Shown piece after piece: positions 50,448 to 62,330 of a DNA stretch of 64,000 bases. Source of the stretch: Mytilus californianus (Eukaryota); NCBI RefSeq assembly GCF_021869535.1, contig NW_026262593.1:45446001-45510000 (forward strand). The letters are read 5' to 3'. How positions within the stretch are numbered: the stretch's first letter is position 1; every line of letters starts with the position of its first letter. A model generated the notes under the pieces. It saw only the letters and a program-made list of their open reading frames with translations, did not search any database and was not told the DNA's origin. A program made the translations under genes and the position numbers.

Positions 50448-52439
50448 TCATATACGAGTGAATATGGGTAGTTCATCAAGTTTGACATTATAATTACGCA
50501 AATATTGAGGGCCATTAATAACCCGTCCGTCTAATAACGCCCTCCATCTGCCTAGAGGTAAATATATATCTCTTGAACTTGCCCCCTTGTCTAACACAGG
50601 TGCTACAAGTGTGTTATTTCCAAGCAAAAATTCGGAGTCAATTGTTTGGCACTCTTTATCTAACGGGGCTATCCACCATAACGGGCGAATAATAGGAGCA
50701 CCGGTCTGAACAGATTCTTCCGCCAGTTCAATTATAAGATCGGAATATTCTTCGTGCAACTTCACAAATTTTCGGGATATATTGACAACTTCATCGTCGT
50801 ACTGCCATGGTACAATAGAAAACTGCATGGCCGGAAGTAGTGCAGTAGCCTCTAACCACCTAATAAATAACTCACGGTCTGGCTTATTTCCTTCATATGC
50901 ATTTCCTCCTATCATATCAGGCAATACGAATGGATATCCAAGTAAGCCGAATGCCAATGCAGTATTGATCAGCGTTTTTAATCCATTTTTATTTTCCCAG
51001 TTCGAATTTTTATCAAGCATGCGTACAAATACTGGTAAATGTTGTGTGCTGACACCAACTCGAACTTCTTGATGGCGAACACCAGTATCAGAGGCATATG
51101 CTAACTCGGCCCATTTAGTTGGATAGAAATTCGGACTGTCATATGTGGTTTCGAAAATATTTGGCAGCCAGTTTGTTTCGCCTGCATCAAATTTGAACGA
51201 ACTTAAATTGTATGTTTTCTGTAAAAATTGTAATTTATCAATAAACCACTGCACTGCATCATTATTTGAAACATCTAAAATCCCCGCTGCATTCCCATCC
51301 CACCATGAAACAAGAGCCGGCAGTAATGAATCATATTGTCTTACCAGAAAGAATTTAGATGCTGCTTCTTGAAATGTTAATGAATCAATATTGAAGAATG
51401 GATGGACCCAAATAGTTACTCTAAATCCCATAGCATTTAGTTGTTTAACCATTTCAGTTGCATTAGGAAATTTGTTGACATTAAAAACCATATCACCATA
51501 TTTCGGAGTCCAGTCATCATCTATTTCTACTTGTGAATGCGAAAAATTATAATTTAGAATATTTGAAGCAAACTCCATCACAGTTGTTTGATTTATATCT
51601 TTATGGTACTGGGCCCATGTTGACCAAATCGGATACTTAAATAATTTTCTATCTGGTATATCTGATGGTTTAGAAAATGAAGCCGACATGAAATCATGAA
51701 TCTTTCGAACGTTATCGGCGACACAAATTTTGTAAGACAAGTGAGGATAACCCCCTTTAATGTTTGTATATGGATACTTTTCATATTTAGCCATTAGGCA
51801 GATTTTCTTATCAAACGTTTGGTTGATACTAATATAAAGCGGAACATCGCTACTAATGTTTATCCCTATTCCGTGTGTATTGATGAAATAACGTTCCTGT
51901 ACACCACCAATACGCTTGGCGTATGAATCATTAGCAACGAAAGCTGAGAGATTCAATGACGTCTGTTCCATGGGCCAGAACTGGTTCCAGTCCTCGTAGC
52001 CACCATACCAGTGCGCACCATCTAAATCGAAACAATCTAATAGTATTTGATCAGAGCAAGAATACGTCCTCCAATATACATCATAGCACTCTGCAGATGC
52101 ATATTTATTATAAGATATATGTAAATCTTTCGTACCACTCCAATCTAGACAAAGTGCATTACTGCTACTTCCGCAGTCAGTCGCAACTATTTTGGTACTT
52201 CCGGTATTTGATAATTGTCCGGATAGACGAACATCTGTATCTGAATTTTTTATTTTCAAATTCCAGTAATATTTTTCTAAATGTAAATTTCCAACTACGT
52301 ACTCGTCTGTAATTTGAGGCTCCTCATTATTATGTCGTCCTGCTTGCCAGGCAATTATTCCTACAATCACACTGAGCAATATCAATGAAAGTAAGACGAA
52401 ACCAACTTTCATTCTTCCATTAATTTTTTGTCCGGACAT
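50448..52439 (-). CDS. MYORG: Myogenesis-regulating glycosidase-like GH31 glycoside hydrolase (type II membrane protein, 663 aa)
   Basis: Uninterrupted ORF with an N-terminal TM (VGFVLLSLILLSVIVGIIAW). Motifs: PIWSTWAQY, EIDDDW, nucleophile motif FKFDAGE, RMLDK, LPDMIGG and FIRW. A splice acceptor 8 nt upstream of the ATG implies a separate 5' UTR exon. Confidence 0.92.
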   Translation of the reverse strand: MSGQKINGRMKVGFVLLSLILLSVIVGIIAWQAGRHNNEEPQITDEYVVGNLHLEKYYWNLKIKNSDTDVRLSGQLSNTGSTKIVATDCGSSSNALCLDWSGTKDLHISYNKYASAECYDVYWRTYSCSDQILLDCFDLDGAHWYGGYEDWNQFWPMEQTSLNLSAFVANDSYAKRIGGVQERYFINTHGIGINISSDVPLYISINQTFDKKICLMAKYEKYPYTNIKGGYPHLSYKICVADNVRKIHDFMSASFSKPSDIPDRKLFKYPIWSTWAQYHKDINQTTVMEFASNILNYNFSHSQVEIDDDWTPKYGDMVFNVNKFPNATEMVKQLNAMGFRVTIWVHPFFNIDSLTFQEAASKFFLVRQYDSLLPALVSWWDGNAAGILDVSNNDAVQWFIDKLQFLQKTYNLSSFKFDAGETNWLPNIFETTYDSPNFYPTKWAELAYASDTGVRHQEVRVGVSTQHLPVFVRMLDKNSNWENKNGLKTLINTALAFGLLGYPFVLPDMIGGNAYEGNKPDRELFIRWLEATALLPAMQFSIVPWQYDDEVVNISRKFVKLHEEYSDLIIELAEESVQTGAPIIRPLWWIAPLDKECQTIDSEFLLGNNTLVAPVLDKGASSRDIYLPLGRWRALLDGRVINGPQYLRNYNVKLDELPIFTRI

Positions 52440-52714
52440 AAAAACTCCTGAAATGTTTTAATGATATGTTATTTCCACAATTAAATTGACAAAAATATGT
52501 AAATCTTAATGAATAAGAGGACGATACATGTCTAAATTTCGGGGGGAGGGGGGGGGGGGGGATTTATAAACAGTTAATCTACTCTTCTTATAGTAGAAGT
52601 TGCAAGGACGAAAGCTTTAACTGACTTCGCTTGTGTCCTATTTTAGCTTAGAATTACTGAAAATTATTTAAAACCGCAAGGGTTGACAGGGGAAAAAAGA
52701 TGGGACTTTAAAAC

Positions 52715-52995
52715 CATTGCTACTTGGGGCGCCTGTTTGTATGTGCGGGATGTATCAATACGCAGCCACTTCCAATTGCAATGGGGATGTTACTTTTGTT
52801 TTTAATGCTAAATATCTACCCTATCAAACATACCCTCATTTTCCAATGGCAGTTCAAATTTCGCTCCCTTCGGCATATCTTGCAGAACCGGCTACATATT
52901 GTATTATTTTATTTTGAATTATTCTCGTCGTGAATATGCATGAAATATTTGCTCTACACGTTCAGCAAGCAACAAGCAATCAATCAATTATTTAT
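52715..52995 (+). mobile_element. Bivalve-type SINE (degenerate)
   Basis: Same core and ATGCATGAAATATTTG..(CAAT)n tail as 14833-15235 and 58560-58850. Confidence 0.55.
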
Positions 52996-53504
52996 GCACT
53001 ACCTTGCACAAAATAAAACAAAAATCATTTCCATTTGTTTTAATAGCAACTGCATGATTTATGGTTGAAATTATCTGGATCAATGTTTGCATTTCATATA
53101 TTATAGATCACATTACATGTATTGATTTCTTTTTTTAGAATAAATCAGATTGTATTTCTTGTTTGTGGAACATGTATAGGATAAATAATTACTATGGTTG
53201 AGGTTTTTTATTCAAGAATAAGTTCAGAAAGGTAAAACGACACTTGTCCGGTTTTTTTTCTAGACTTGTGTTCATTAAAAAAGGGTTGTGTTGTTTTAAA
53301 TTTTAATGTGTGTATACAAAATGCCATATTTTGGAGTCTACATATTTGCTCCCTCAATATAATAGTGATGGTGAATGAATACTCGTAGATCAGTTAAGCT
53401 GGTTAAGCTGGATGCGGGTGATCCGGTACAAACTGTACAAATGTTGTTCTTTTTTTATGTAAAATGTTCAAGTTGTTTCAAAAAGATTTTTATAAAGTGC
53501 GTTT

Positions 53505-53620
53505 AGATTGGTTGGTGTTTAACGCCACTTTCAGCACTGTTGGCTATTTTGAGGAGGTCAGTTTTTATTGGTCGGGAAAACCGGAGTGCCCAGAGAGAAA
53601 CACCTATCTTCGACTGGAAA
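53505..53620 (-). mobile_element. 3' fragment of a second SINE family
   Basis: The minus strand reads GGGCACTCCGGTTTTCCCGACCAATAAAAACTGACC..GCTGAAAGTGGCGTTAAACACC. A related fragment lies at about 21045-21125. Confidence 0.5.
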
Positions 53621-53703
53621 TTGTGCGTATAGTTGAACCGTAAAGACAACACTTATTTTGAACTATAATCTGTAGTAAAAATCAAACTTGTCACCAAAGA
53701 ATA

Positions 53704-53909
53704 CTGTAAATTCAGAAACTATTGCGATGTTTTTATTATTGCGAAAAATGCGACAGGGTTATAATCGCAATAATTTAAACTCGCATTTTGAAATTTTTGA
53801 TATGAATTAAACAGGATTTTTCTCAATATCGCAAAAATTAAAATCGCATTTTAGTCTAAAATGACAAAATCGCAATAATAAATGCACGCAATAATTTCTG
53901 AATTTACAG
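53704..53909. mobile_element. TA-flanked MITE (Tc1/mariner-pogo type ends)
   Basis: TIR CTGTAAATTCAGAAA.TATTGCG and CGCAATA.TTTCTGAATTTACAG, with TA on both sides. Confidence 0.8.
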
Positions 53910-55829
53910 TACTAAATTATTTATAGAAAACATGACAATCGAGGTATTCGATTCAAACTCGTTGTTGTTTTATCAATATTTATTTAACTTTTATATTGCT
54001 TTTATGTTGTTTTTTTTTCTGTATTAGTATGATTCCTTTTTGTACCTTTTTGATCGTCATAGGCTTTGGTGTCCTTCGGCTATTTCTGCTGATTGGTTAA
54101 TTATTGCCTCTTTGACACATTCCCCGTGTCCATTCTCAATTTTATTTGACCAAAGGTGATAGGTGTTGGGAGGGAGCCGTATTTTCTGATATTGATAAAT
54201 GTATGTACGCATGACAGTCATTGTACATGTTATCATAAAAAAAAGTAAAATAATAAAAATTCCGAACTCCAAAGAAAATTCAAAACGGAAAGTCCCTTAT
54301 CAAATGGCAAAATCAAAAGCTCAAACACATCAAACGAATGGAAAACAACTGTCATATTCCTGACTTAGTACAGGCATTTCCTTATGTAGAAAATGGTGGA
54401 TTAAACCTGGTTTTACAGCTAGCTAAACCTCTCGCTTGAATGACAGTCGCATAAAATTCCGTTATATTGACAACAATGTGTGAACAAAACAAACAGACAT
54501 AATAGGTAAAAATGTAAAAAATAGGGGTACAGCAGTCAACATTGTGTTATAATCTCAATCACTATAAAAACAAACAAATATGTAAACAAAGAAAAACAAA
54601 ATGTCATATACACAAAGCACATAAGCAAACAAAGGGAGAGTACCAATCAGCCTATTTTTGATATTGATACATGTACGTGTGTACATATTATTATATTACT
54701 ATTGCATTGCTTGTCATGAACATTGTGATTTTGTTAATGGTTTCGTCCGTTGCAAGATCGAAGCTAGTCAGATTTTTTGGCACAAGTTCGAAATCGAAAT
54801 AGTTTATGACCTTCCGTGGTTTGTATCCAATTCATATTGTTCAATTCGGTTCTAAAAATTTTGTCAAAATATGGTCTACCCATAGAGAACCATATAAAAG
54901 ACTCAAATGAATTAAGACAGCGATTGGGCAATTTTGAATGATATTCCCAAATGAACAGTTAACTTATAATAGAATAAAATAATTTCACTACCATGCAATG
55001 ATAATTTGTTTATATTCATATGCTCGTTATACTGAACTATTAGTAATCAATTTTAAAGAAAAAAGAAATAAAACTTACCTCTTTAACTATTTCGATAAAA
55101 CAATTCTTTGTATGGGATAACCAAGGTCGTCCCTATATTTTGCGAACGATTAATGTTATCATGAAAAGGTAAATCTTATTGTACAAGTATCAAATGTCTT
55201 GAAAGAGATTGTAATTTATAACAAATAAATTGTTGAACTGCGATAAAAAATGCAAATAAGGTGAAGAAACTGTTATCAACACTTGAACGTACTTACTAGA
55301 TAAAACTGTTCCCTATATATGTATATTGTGTATTTAAAGTACACAACGGCACAAGTAAACATAAATGGATCTTAAACTTTACAGGAGCTTCAAACAATTT
55401 AAAAAAATTAAAGCATGTTTGCTTAGTGATATGATAAATGTATACTATAAAATTGGTGAATCTGGTAACATTTTTTATGCGGAACCAGGTCTCCGTCTGT
55501 CCATCCGTCCGGCCGAAAGAAAACTTTCGTCAAACTTTTCTTTGCTTCTATGAAAGGGAATGAAATAATATTTAGTCTGCAGTTTAATAATATTAAGTTG
55601 TAGCAAGTGGGCATTTTTTTACATCTACCATGTATTCACTTCCTGTTTGTCGATAATTTGAAATTTTACAACACTCATTGTACAAGGACAATTGTCGTCA
55701 AAGTTTTTTTTGCATCAGTGAAAGGGAATTTTTAGTTATGCTATTACCTCAATCGATTGCATGCAGGGACGCAAGGCCATCCCCGGTATTGGTCTAGTTT
55801 TAAAAACAATTATACCACTTATTCTATCT

Positions 55830-57245
55830 TGATGCAGATCTGTATCGGCTTTTATACACGATGGAGAAGAGCGCCGTTGTTATGGGCGGTGTTCTTGTAG
55901 AGCGGTCTTGAATGCTTCTACAGAATATGCATGCACAACTTTATCTGTCAGTTGGTTCCAGTGTATGGTTGTTTCCACAAAGAATGAATATTTATATTGT
56001 GGCTTATTGCTGTCTGGCACTTTAAGCCCTCTGGTGTTGTCTATTATTTGTCGTTCAATAATATTGTCTGTTTCATAATTTGAATACATTTTGGCTTTGA
56101 TTGGTCTTTTCGGTCTTCCTGGTGTGACAAAATTGTCGGCTGAGCAGAGCCGGCACTAGACCCCCAACTACCTTGTATATCAGGATCAGGCTGAGGCTGT
56201 GTCTTCTTTCCTCTAGCGTCTCAATTTCAAGCTGGGGTCTCATGTTGGTGATGGACCCCGTCTCTCGACTCCTGTAGTTTTTCTTAACGAATTGTATGCC
56301 TCTGTTTTGGATACGTTCCAATTTGTCTATATCCCTTTTCATATATGGGTTCCAGATGGTTGCGCCATATTTCATTGTAGATCTTACTAGGGATATGTAT
56401 GCTGCTTTTCTACATGCTTCTGGTACGTTTCTCAAGTTCCTTCTAAGAAAGCCCAAGGTGGCGTTGGCTTTCTTGCTGATGTTGTTTATGTGGATACTCC
56501 ATTTCAGGTCATTTGATATTTGGAGTCCTAAATATGGGTTCACTTGTACTTCTTGTAGGATGTGTTTATTAAGCGTGTAGAATTTGTCTTGTTTTTTTAT
56601 TGATGGATAAGACATAGCATTTTTTCGCGTTGAATCGTATTCACCATTTGTCGGCCCAAATTTCAAGTTGATCTAAATTTGATTGAAATTTGTTTTGGTC
56701 AGTTTTAATTGTTCTGTACAATAGGCAATCGTCTGCAAAAAGTCTTACTGATGATGTTACACTGTCTGGCAGGTCGTTTATGTGGCACATAAACAGGATG
56801 GGTCCTAAGACGGTTCACTGGTGTACCCAAGAGTAAACTGTTGTTTCGCCGGATATTTCCCCTTCCACGATGGTGCGCATTGATCTGGCAGTTAGGAAGT
56901 TTGATAGCCATTTGTGTGTATTTCCTTTAATTCTATATTGGTCTATTTTGTGAAGTTATTTGTTGTGTGGTACTGTATCAAATGCTTTGGAGAAGTCTAA
57001 TATGGCTACGTCGATTTGATGTCCCTTGTCATGCTCTTGTAGGAAGTCATTGATGGTAGTGATGAGTTGGGTTTCGCACGAGTATCCTGACCTGAATCCA
57101 TGATGGTTTAAGTTGGTTAGGATCTTGTTTTTTTCCAGATGTTTTAGGATGTGCCTGCATATGATGTGTTCTAAAATTTTGCTGGTGATAGATGTTAAGG
57201 ATACAGATCTATAGTTTTCTGCGAGGTGTTTGCCTACTTTTTTAA
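55830..57245 (-). mobile_element. 5'-truncated, frameshifted CR1/L2-group LINE (RT and 3' region)
   Basis: Fragments ENYRSVSLTSITSKILEHII, NHGFRSGYSCETQLI, LDFSKAFDTVP, NPYLGLQISNDLKWSIHI and LGFLRRNL..AYISLVRS. Confidence 0.88.
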
Positions 57246-58559
57246 AGATACTAGATATATTTGCATTCCTGGATATTTTTTTTAATTAAGTAAACAATTT
57301 TTAAATCAAAATTATTCTTGCTCAAATTTTTTTTTAACTGGCAAACTTCACGTCAGTATCAAACGTTTGTATTTTGACCGTTCAAAATGTCTAATCCTTA
57401 TTCAATCATTACAACACAAAATGTTTTTGAAATATTTTTGTGTTGGTTTTGAAAATCTTTTTATTATTTACTTACCAATAAGAATACGAAACAAACACAC
57501 CTAAGGCCTTTCCTAAAAAAACATTCATTATTGTATGTTAACTTTATAACAGCTAGTGGGAAATATTATACGTGCTTTCAGGACATAACAGGTTAATACT
57601 TGAAAAATTATTGGTCTCTATTACTTATCAACAAGTTTTAAATGCAAGTCTTTCCTGTTTGTCAAGCCTGTGACATTTTGTCACGGAAGCGATACATGGC
57701 GGTCCTACAATCCGTCGTCAATATTAAGGTTCAGTCAGTGGTTAAGGTTTTTGTAGACATTATTATCTTTGTCAAAACTTTAAGGCATGTTTTGAATATT
57801 GAACAGAAGCTTTTTCATGATCCAGAGAAAAATCATAAACTTTTTTTTTTCATTTCCCCGTTTTTTACTGAAAAGGGACTTTTCATACAGTTTACATTTA
57901 GATACGGTCTAGGATTAAAGTTTTTTTATTATTATAATAATAGAAATCCATAATTTTGTCAAACCTTTGTAAAACCCTATGTTTTGTTTTGTATACTGTT
58001 GGTTTTCTTTTAGTCCTTTTCCTTTCTTGTCAGTTTATTTTCGACTTATGAGTTGTTACAGTTTGTGTAATAGCATTAATATACAGACTGGGATAAATTT
58101 TTGTCCACATCAACTACTGCATGAAATGTTATATAACCCTGATAGAAGCTTTTTGAAGATCAAGAAATAGCCTCTGAGGGGAAAATAATTTTCCCCGTAT
58201 TTTACTGAAAAATGGATATAGTTTTTGGCAGTCAACATTACACTTTTATACTGACATCAGCAATAGACGAGACACAGAGTTTTGTGGAACTCTAAACGAT
58301 ATTTTTGATAGCTGCTCATGATGCGCAATTCATACACTGTTTGATGAATTTGTCGCCAGTTAACAAAACATATGAATATTTCATTATTCAATTGGACTTC
58401 TCATCAATGCAATAAGAAAACAAAAAAACCAAGCAATGAAAATATAACATAAACATCTACATGTATACTACAGATCACATATAATTATGAACGCTTCGTC
58501 TCCAAAGAAAGTTGAAAAATGGCTACTTACGGTCTTCTGACGCAAGTTAAAGTTAACCC

Positions 58560-58850
58560 TTGCAAATTGGGGCATTCGTTTTCGGCTGTGTGTGATGTAT
58601 AAAAACACAGACGAGTCCGGTCAGTAAGTGGACGTTTAATCCAATGCCTCGTGCAGAGAAGGTGCCACGCTCTCTACATGTTACGAACCCTTGCAAAACC
58701 TTCCAACATACCCTAATTTTCCAGTGGCAGTCCAGATTTCACCCATATTACATGACTTACCTGTTGTATTTAGTGTTAATTTCTTCTCGTCCTGAATATG
58801 CATGCACTTGTTGCCACTGGACGTAAAACAAACAAAAATCAACCAATCCT
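58560..58850 (+). mobile_element. Bivalve-type SINE
   Basis: Core GATGTATAAAAACACAG..GTCCGGTCAG..GCCTCGTG.AGAGA.GGTGCCACGCTC and tail TCGTCCTGAATATGCATG..GCCACTGGACGTAAAACAAAC. Confidence 0.65.
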
Positions 58851-58942
58851 CTTTCACATACAACACCTGTTTCGTGTAATAATTTATAACAAATTTGAAT
58901 TTTTCATTCTCAAAAGCCTGGTCAGTGATTGTCTTTTGTGAT

Positions 58943-59448
58943 CACTGCGTAGCATCACCACCGGATATAGGTATCCCCGAAGCAAAAACACCATGATAAC
59001 AAAAACAATTATCTATTCCATTCCTCGTACAGTAAAAACTATTCGCCGTACAATTTACCCGCTTTATTTTACACGAGATTCTCTGTGAAAAGAATAGTTT
59101 ATTTTGAAATTCAATATTATTCAAGCTTAAATACGACATAACTTTAACGAAAACGTCAAATGAAATAAATGTTTTTAACGAGTTTGAACTCGATCGTTAC
59201 ATTCTTCTTTGAACAGGTACCAACCTTTCCGATTCTGACGATTTGAAAAGAGAGAAAGCCAATTAAGGATCATAATCAACCCTAAGTAGTAGTTTCATTA
59301 TTAGGAATCACTATCACAAATTTTTACTTGCCAGCAAAATTTAAAATATAATGAAAAAAAAAAAAAAGAATTTGACCTTACCAGACTTCACATTTGTGTT
59401 TTCCACCGCTTCAGGGGTACCTATATCCGGTGGTGATGCTACACAGTG
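58943..59448 (-). mobile_element. MITE with CAC termini and perfect 5-bp TSD GTGAT (Transib/RAG-like signature), copy 2
   Basis: CACTGCGTAGCATCACCACCGGATATAGG ... CCTATATCCGGTGGTGATGCTACACAGTG. GTGAT at 58938-58942 and 59449-59453. Confidence 0.85.
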
Positions 59449-60659
59449 GTGATATCTTAATGTAATCTGTTATTTGGAAAATTTAATGTTGACGGCATAT
59501 CTTCAATTGTTTTTGTTTAATTTATTCCCAGAATGTTTATTGACTGTGGACGATATAGATATAAGTTATTCAGCTGGTATTGATAAGATAATTGCACCAA
59601 ATTTTTAACTATTTTGCAAATGTATTAATGAAGGCAAGCTCATAAACCTATATTAGTATTCTTTACAGTATAGTTGTATATTAAGTGAATTGTTATATAA
59701 ATTTGACCCGAGTATGTACCGTAGGAATATGTACTTTATTGGACATTTGTGTCCTTTTGTCTCTGATGGATAGTTGTCTCATTGTCTCATTGGCCATCAT
59801 GCCACATCTCCGTATTTTAATATACGTCAGGGAACAAACACCTCATGGTCCTTATCGAATGCCTGATACACCGAATATAACACAGATGTTTACCCATAAA
59901 ACCTCTCAAATTATTAGATCTATATCAGATCCTTTTGAAGTCTGCATTATACAATCTCGAAATGAATTATATTGCAACGTTGAAAAAAAAAATACACGGT
60001 AGCCAAAATGCAAAATCGCAGAGCTAAAAATAGTAACTGTATAGAAATAAGAAGATATTGTGTGATGGCAAATGAGATAGCTATTCACCAATGACCACAT
60101 GATCGATTGATCATCGGTGTTTGGTCGGGTTACATTTGCTTAGTCAATTTCTGTGTAATATTTTCGCACTACAGTTTATCTTCTATTATCCATGACGTGT
60201 CTGCTCTTTTTATGACCTCTATTATTCCATAGAGTTCTGGAAACAACATAGAAAATTAATACAGATAGAATTTGAAAATCATAAATTTAATAGCATAAGT
60301 ATTTATAAAAATGTACATCAACGCTATACATGTACACTTATATATCATATACATGGATACAAATCGAAGTGATCAATGAAAACTATAACGACTTAGACAA
60401 CAGTGTGACATAAAATATTTTATTGAACGCTTGTTTTATAGAGATTATGTTCTATACACTGATTGTGTCATGAGCAAACTAGTAATTTAAGAGACAGTAC
60501 ATCAGTGTGTCCTACTTTTTGAAACCTTATTCCTCCTTGGCTATTAACAAAATGTTCATACTTGCTTTCAATGAAGCATTGTTAATCAATTATTTCAGAT
60601 GACATTAACTTTTCCATTAAAGCTTAAAACCTTGCTTAGAATTTGCACTGTTCATAACT

Positions 60660-62131
60660 TTAAAATTTAGTATTTTCAATTTTTTCATTATTTTCTGGCT
60701 TTTCAAAATTAATTTCAGTTTCATCTTTGGCCCATTCCTGAACTTCTCCACTAGCAAAGCTTCCATAAACAACAATTCCAAGAACACACACTCCAGCACA
60801 TACATAAAACATGTGTCTCCACTCTTCAGCTGTATCCTATCGAAACAATAGCAGGCAATGTTATCCCTATGTTTTTAAATAGTTTACAATGAATAATTGT
60901 TTGAAAACCTTCATTATAGAGTTAGAATTGTTAGTTCTGGTCATGCATTACATATCAAATCCAGAATTCTTTAAAAAAATTATCGGGGTATTTCATAATT
61001 CTTATCAACAAGCTGTTTATAAATCAAATGTCACAAAAGATAAAATAACCGCAAAAGTAGGGTGATAGGCCCTGGTAACACCTATTTATTTCAATTTATA
61101 TTTACAACATTGCATGGGTAGAGACAATGCATGATCCATGAAAGTCATGTTGAAATTAACCTTGCATGTAATGGTGTATGTGAATGGGTTTGGAGTACCC
61201 TCAAAACAAGTCGACATTCTCTTGGAACAGCTTTTGAAGAGTAACGATGCTAATACGGCTCTGTATCTCGCACCGATGATACAAATGTAAAAAATGTAAA
61301 ACAAATATGTTGAATATATTATACGCATTACATATTTTGCAAGAACAGTTGATAAAAAAATATCGATATTTAACAGACATATTTAGACAAATTCAGTATG
61401 AAAATTATTAACGATTGTTTTCAAGTTTGAGTTTAACTGTAAACGTATTGCTTAATTATTTTCGTTTCGAAAACGTTATAATAAAATTGTCAAACTTCAG
61501 AATATTAGAATTTACATATAGTTAAAAGTTGCGTAGATATGCATAGTTTTTCATTAAAGGAAACGATTCGATAGTGATTAAATTTATCCACTTCAAAATA
61601 ATTTTCGATAAAAGCACCTATTACAAAAAACATCTACAATGAAAAATGTGGTTTTTGTTACAAATAATTGCCTTACATGCTTTGGTTTACTTCTAGAACC
61701 CAACTATTAGCGAGATGTGTTAGACTTCGATCTTAATTGTCATGGATTGATATATTTCGTACTGAAGATCAGTATGTCTCTCCAGTTTCTCCGGCTTCCT
61801 CTACCAGTACTCCAGTTTCCTCAACCGGTAAACACTTTATTGATATCGTCATGGCAATAACAGTTTCCCGGCATTGATCATTAATGGTAACGAGCCAGTT
61901 ACAGCTATTTATCTTGCACCGATTATACAATTTTCAAAAATATATTGAATATAAGTTTACTTTGTTGCAACATCAGTACTTGCTTACAGCTTACTTTCTA
62001 ATCTTAGCTCATCCTGCATAAGTGTAATGATATTACTTACATTTGGTGTTAAAATACCTGTTACAATTGGTGCCACCATGCCAGGAACAATAGCCAGTGT
62101 ATTGGTCAGCCCCAATAAGGTGCCCGCATAC
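60660..62131 (-). CDS. Sialin-like SLC17 anion transporter, last two coding exons (gene continues beyond the window)
   Basis: Exon 62131-62041 reads YAGTLLGLTNTLAIVPGMVAPIVTGILTPN. Exon 60836-60660 reads DTAEEWRHMFYVCAGVCVLGIVVYGSFASGEVQEWAKD...*. These match the C-terminal SLC17 pattern (YAG..G.TNT, EW..VF, F.SGEVQ.WA). GT-AG junctions are in frame. Confidence 0.88.
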
Positions 62132-62269
62132 CTGCAAGACCATTATAGTTCTGTTACAGAAAAACGTCTCTTATTATGTATTTTTTTTGGTCTTGAGTTA
62201 TTATCAGATTAAGGCGTTTAGATAGAAATAATGTTTCTTCATAGAAATATCTCATCAAAGATACTAGGC

Positions 62270-62330
62270 TTATAACGTTGTACGCCAGGCACGCGTTTCG
62301 TTTACATTAGACTCATCAGTGGTGCTAGAA
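62270..62330 (-). ncRNA. Type I hammerhead ribozyme motif, probably inactivated
   Basis: The minus strand reads GCACCA-CTGATGA-GTCTAATGTAAAC-GAAA-CGCGTG-CC-TGGCGT. CUGAUGA and GAAA are intact, stem I can pair, and stem II has one mismatch. The cleavage triplet is GCC rather than GUC. Confidence 0.6.

Noticed and set aside
50448-52439. Intronless GH31 ORF as a retrocopy or bacterial transfer
   Set aside because: It has a splice acceptor just upstream of the ATG, host-like AT-rich composition and a MYORG-type N-terminal TM. A single coding exon is also the arrangement of human MYORG.
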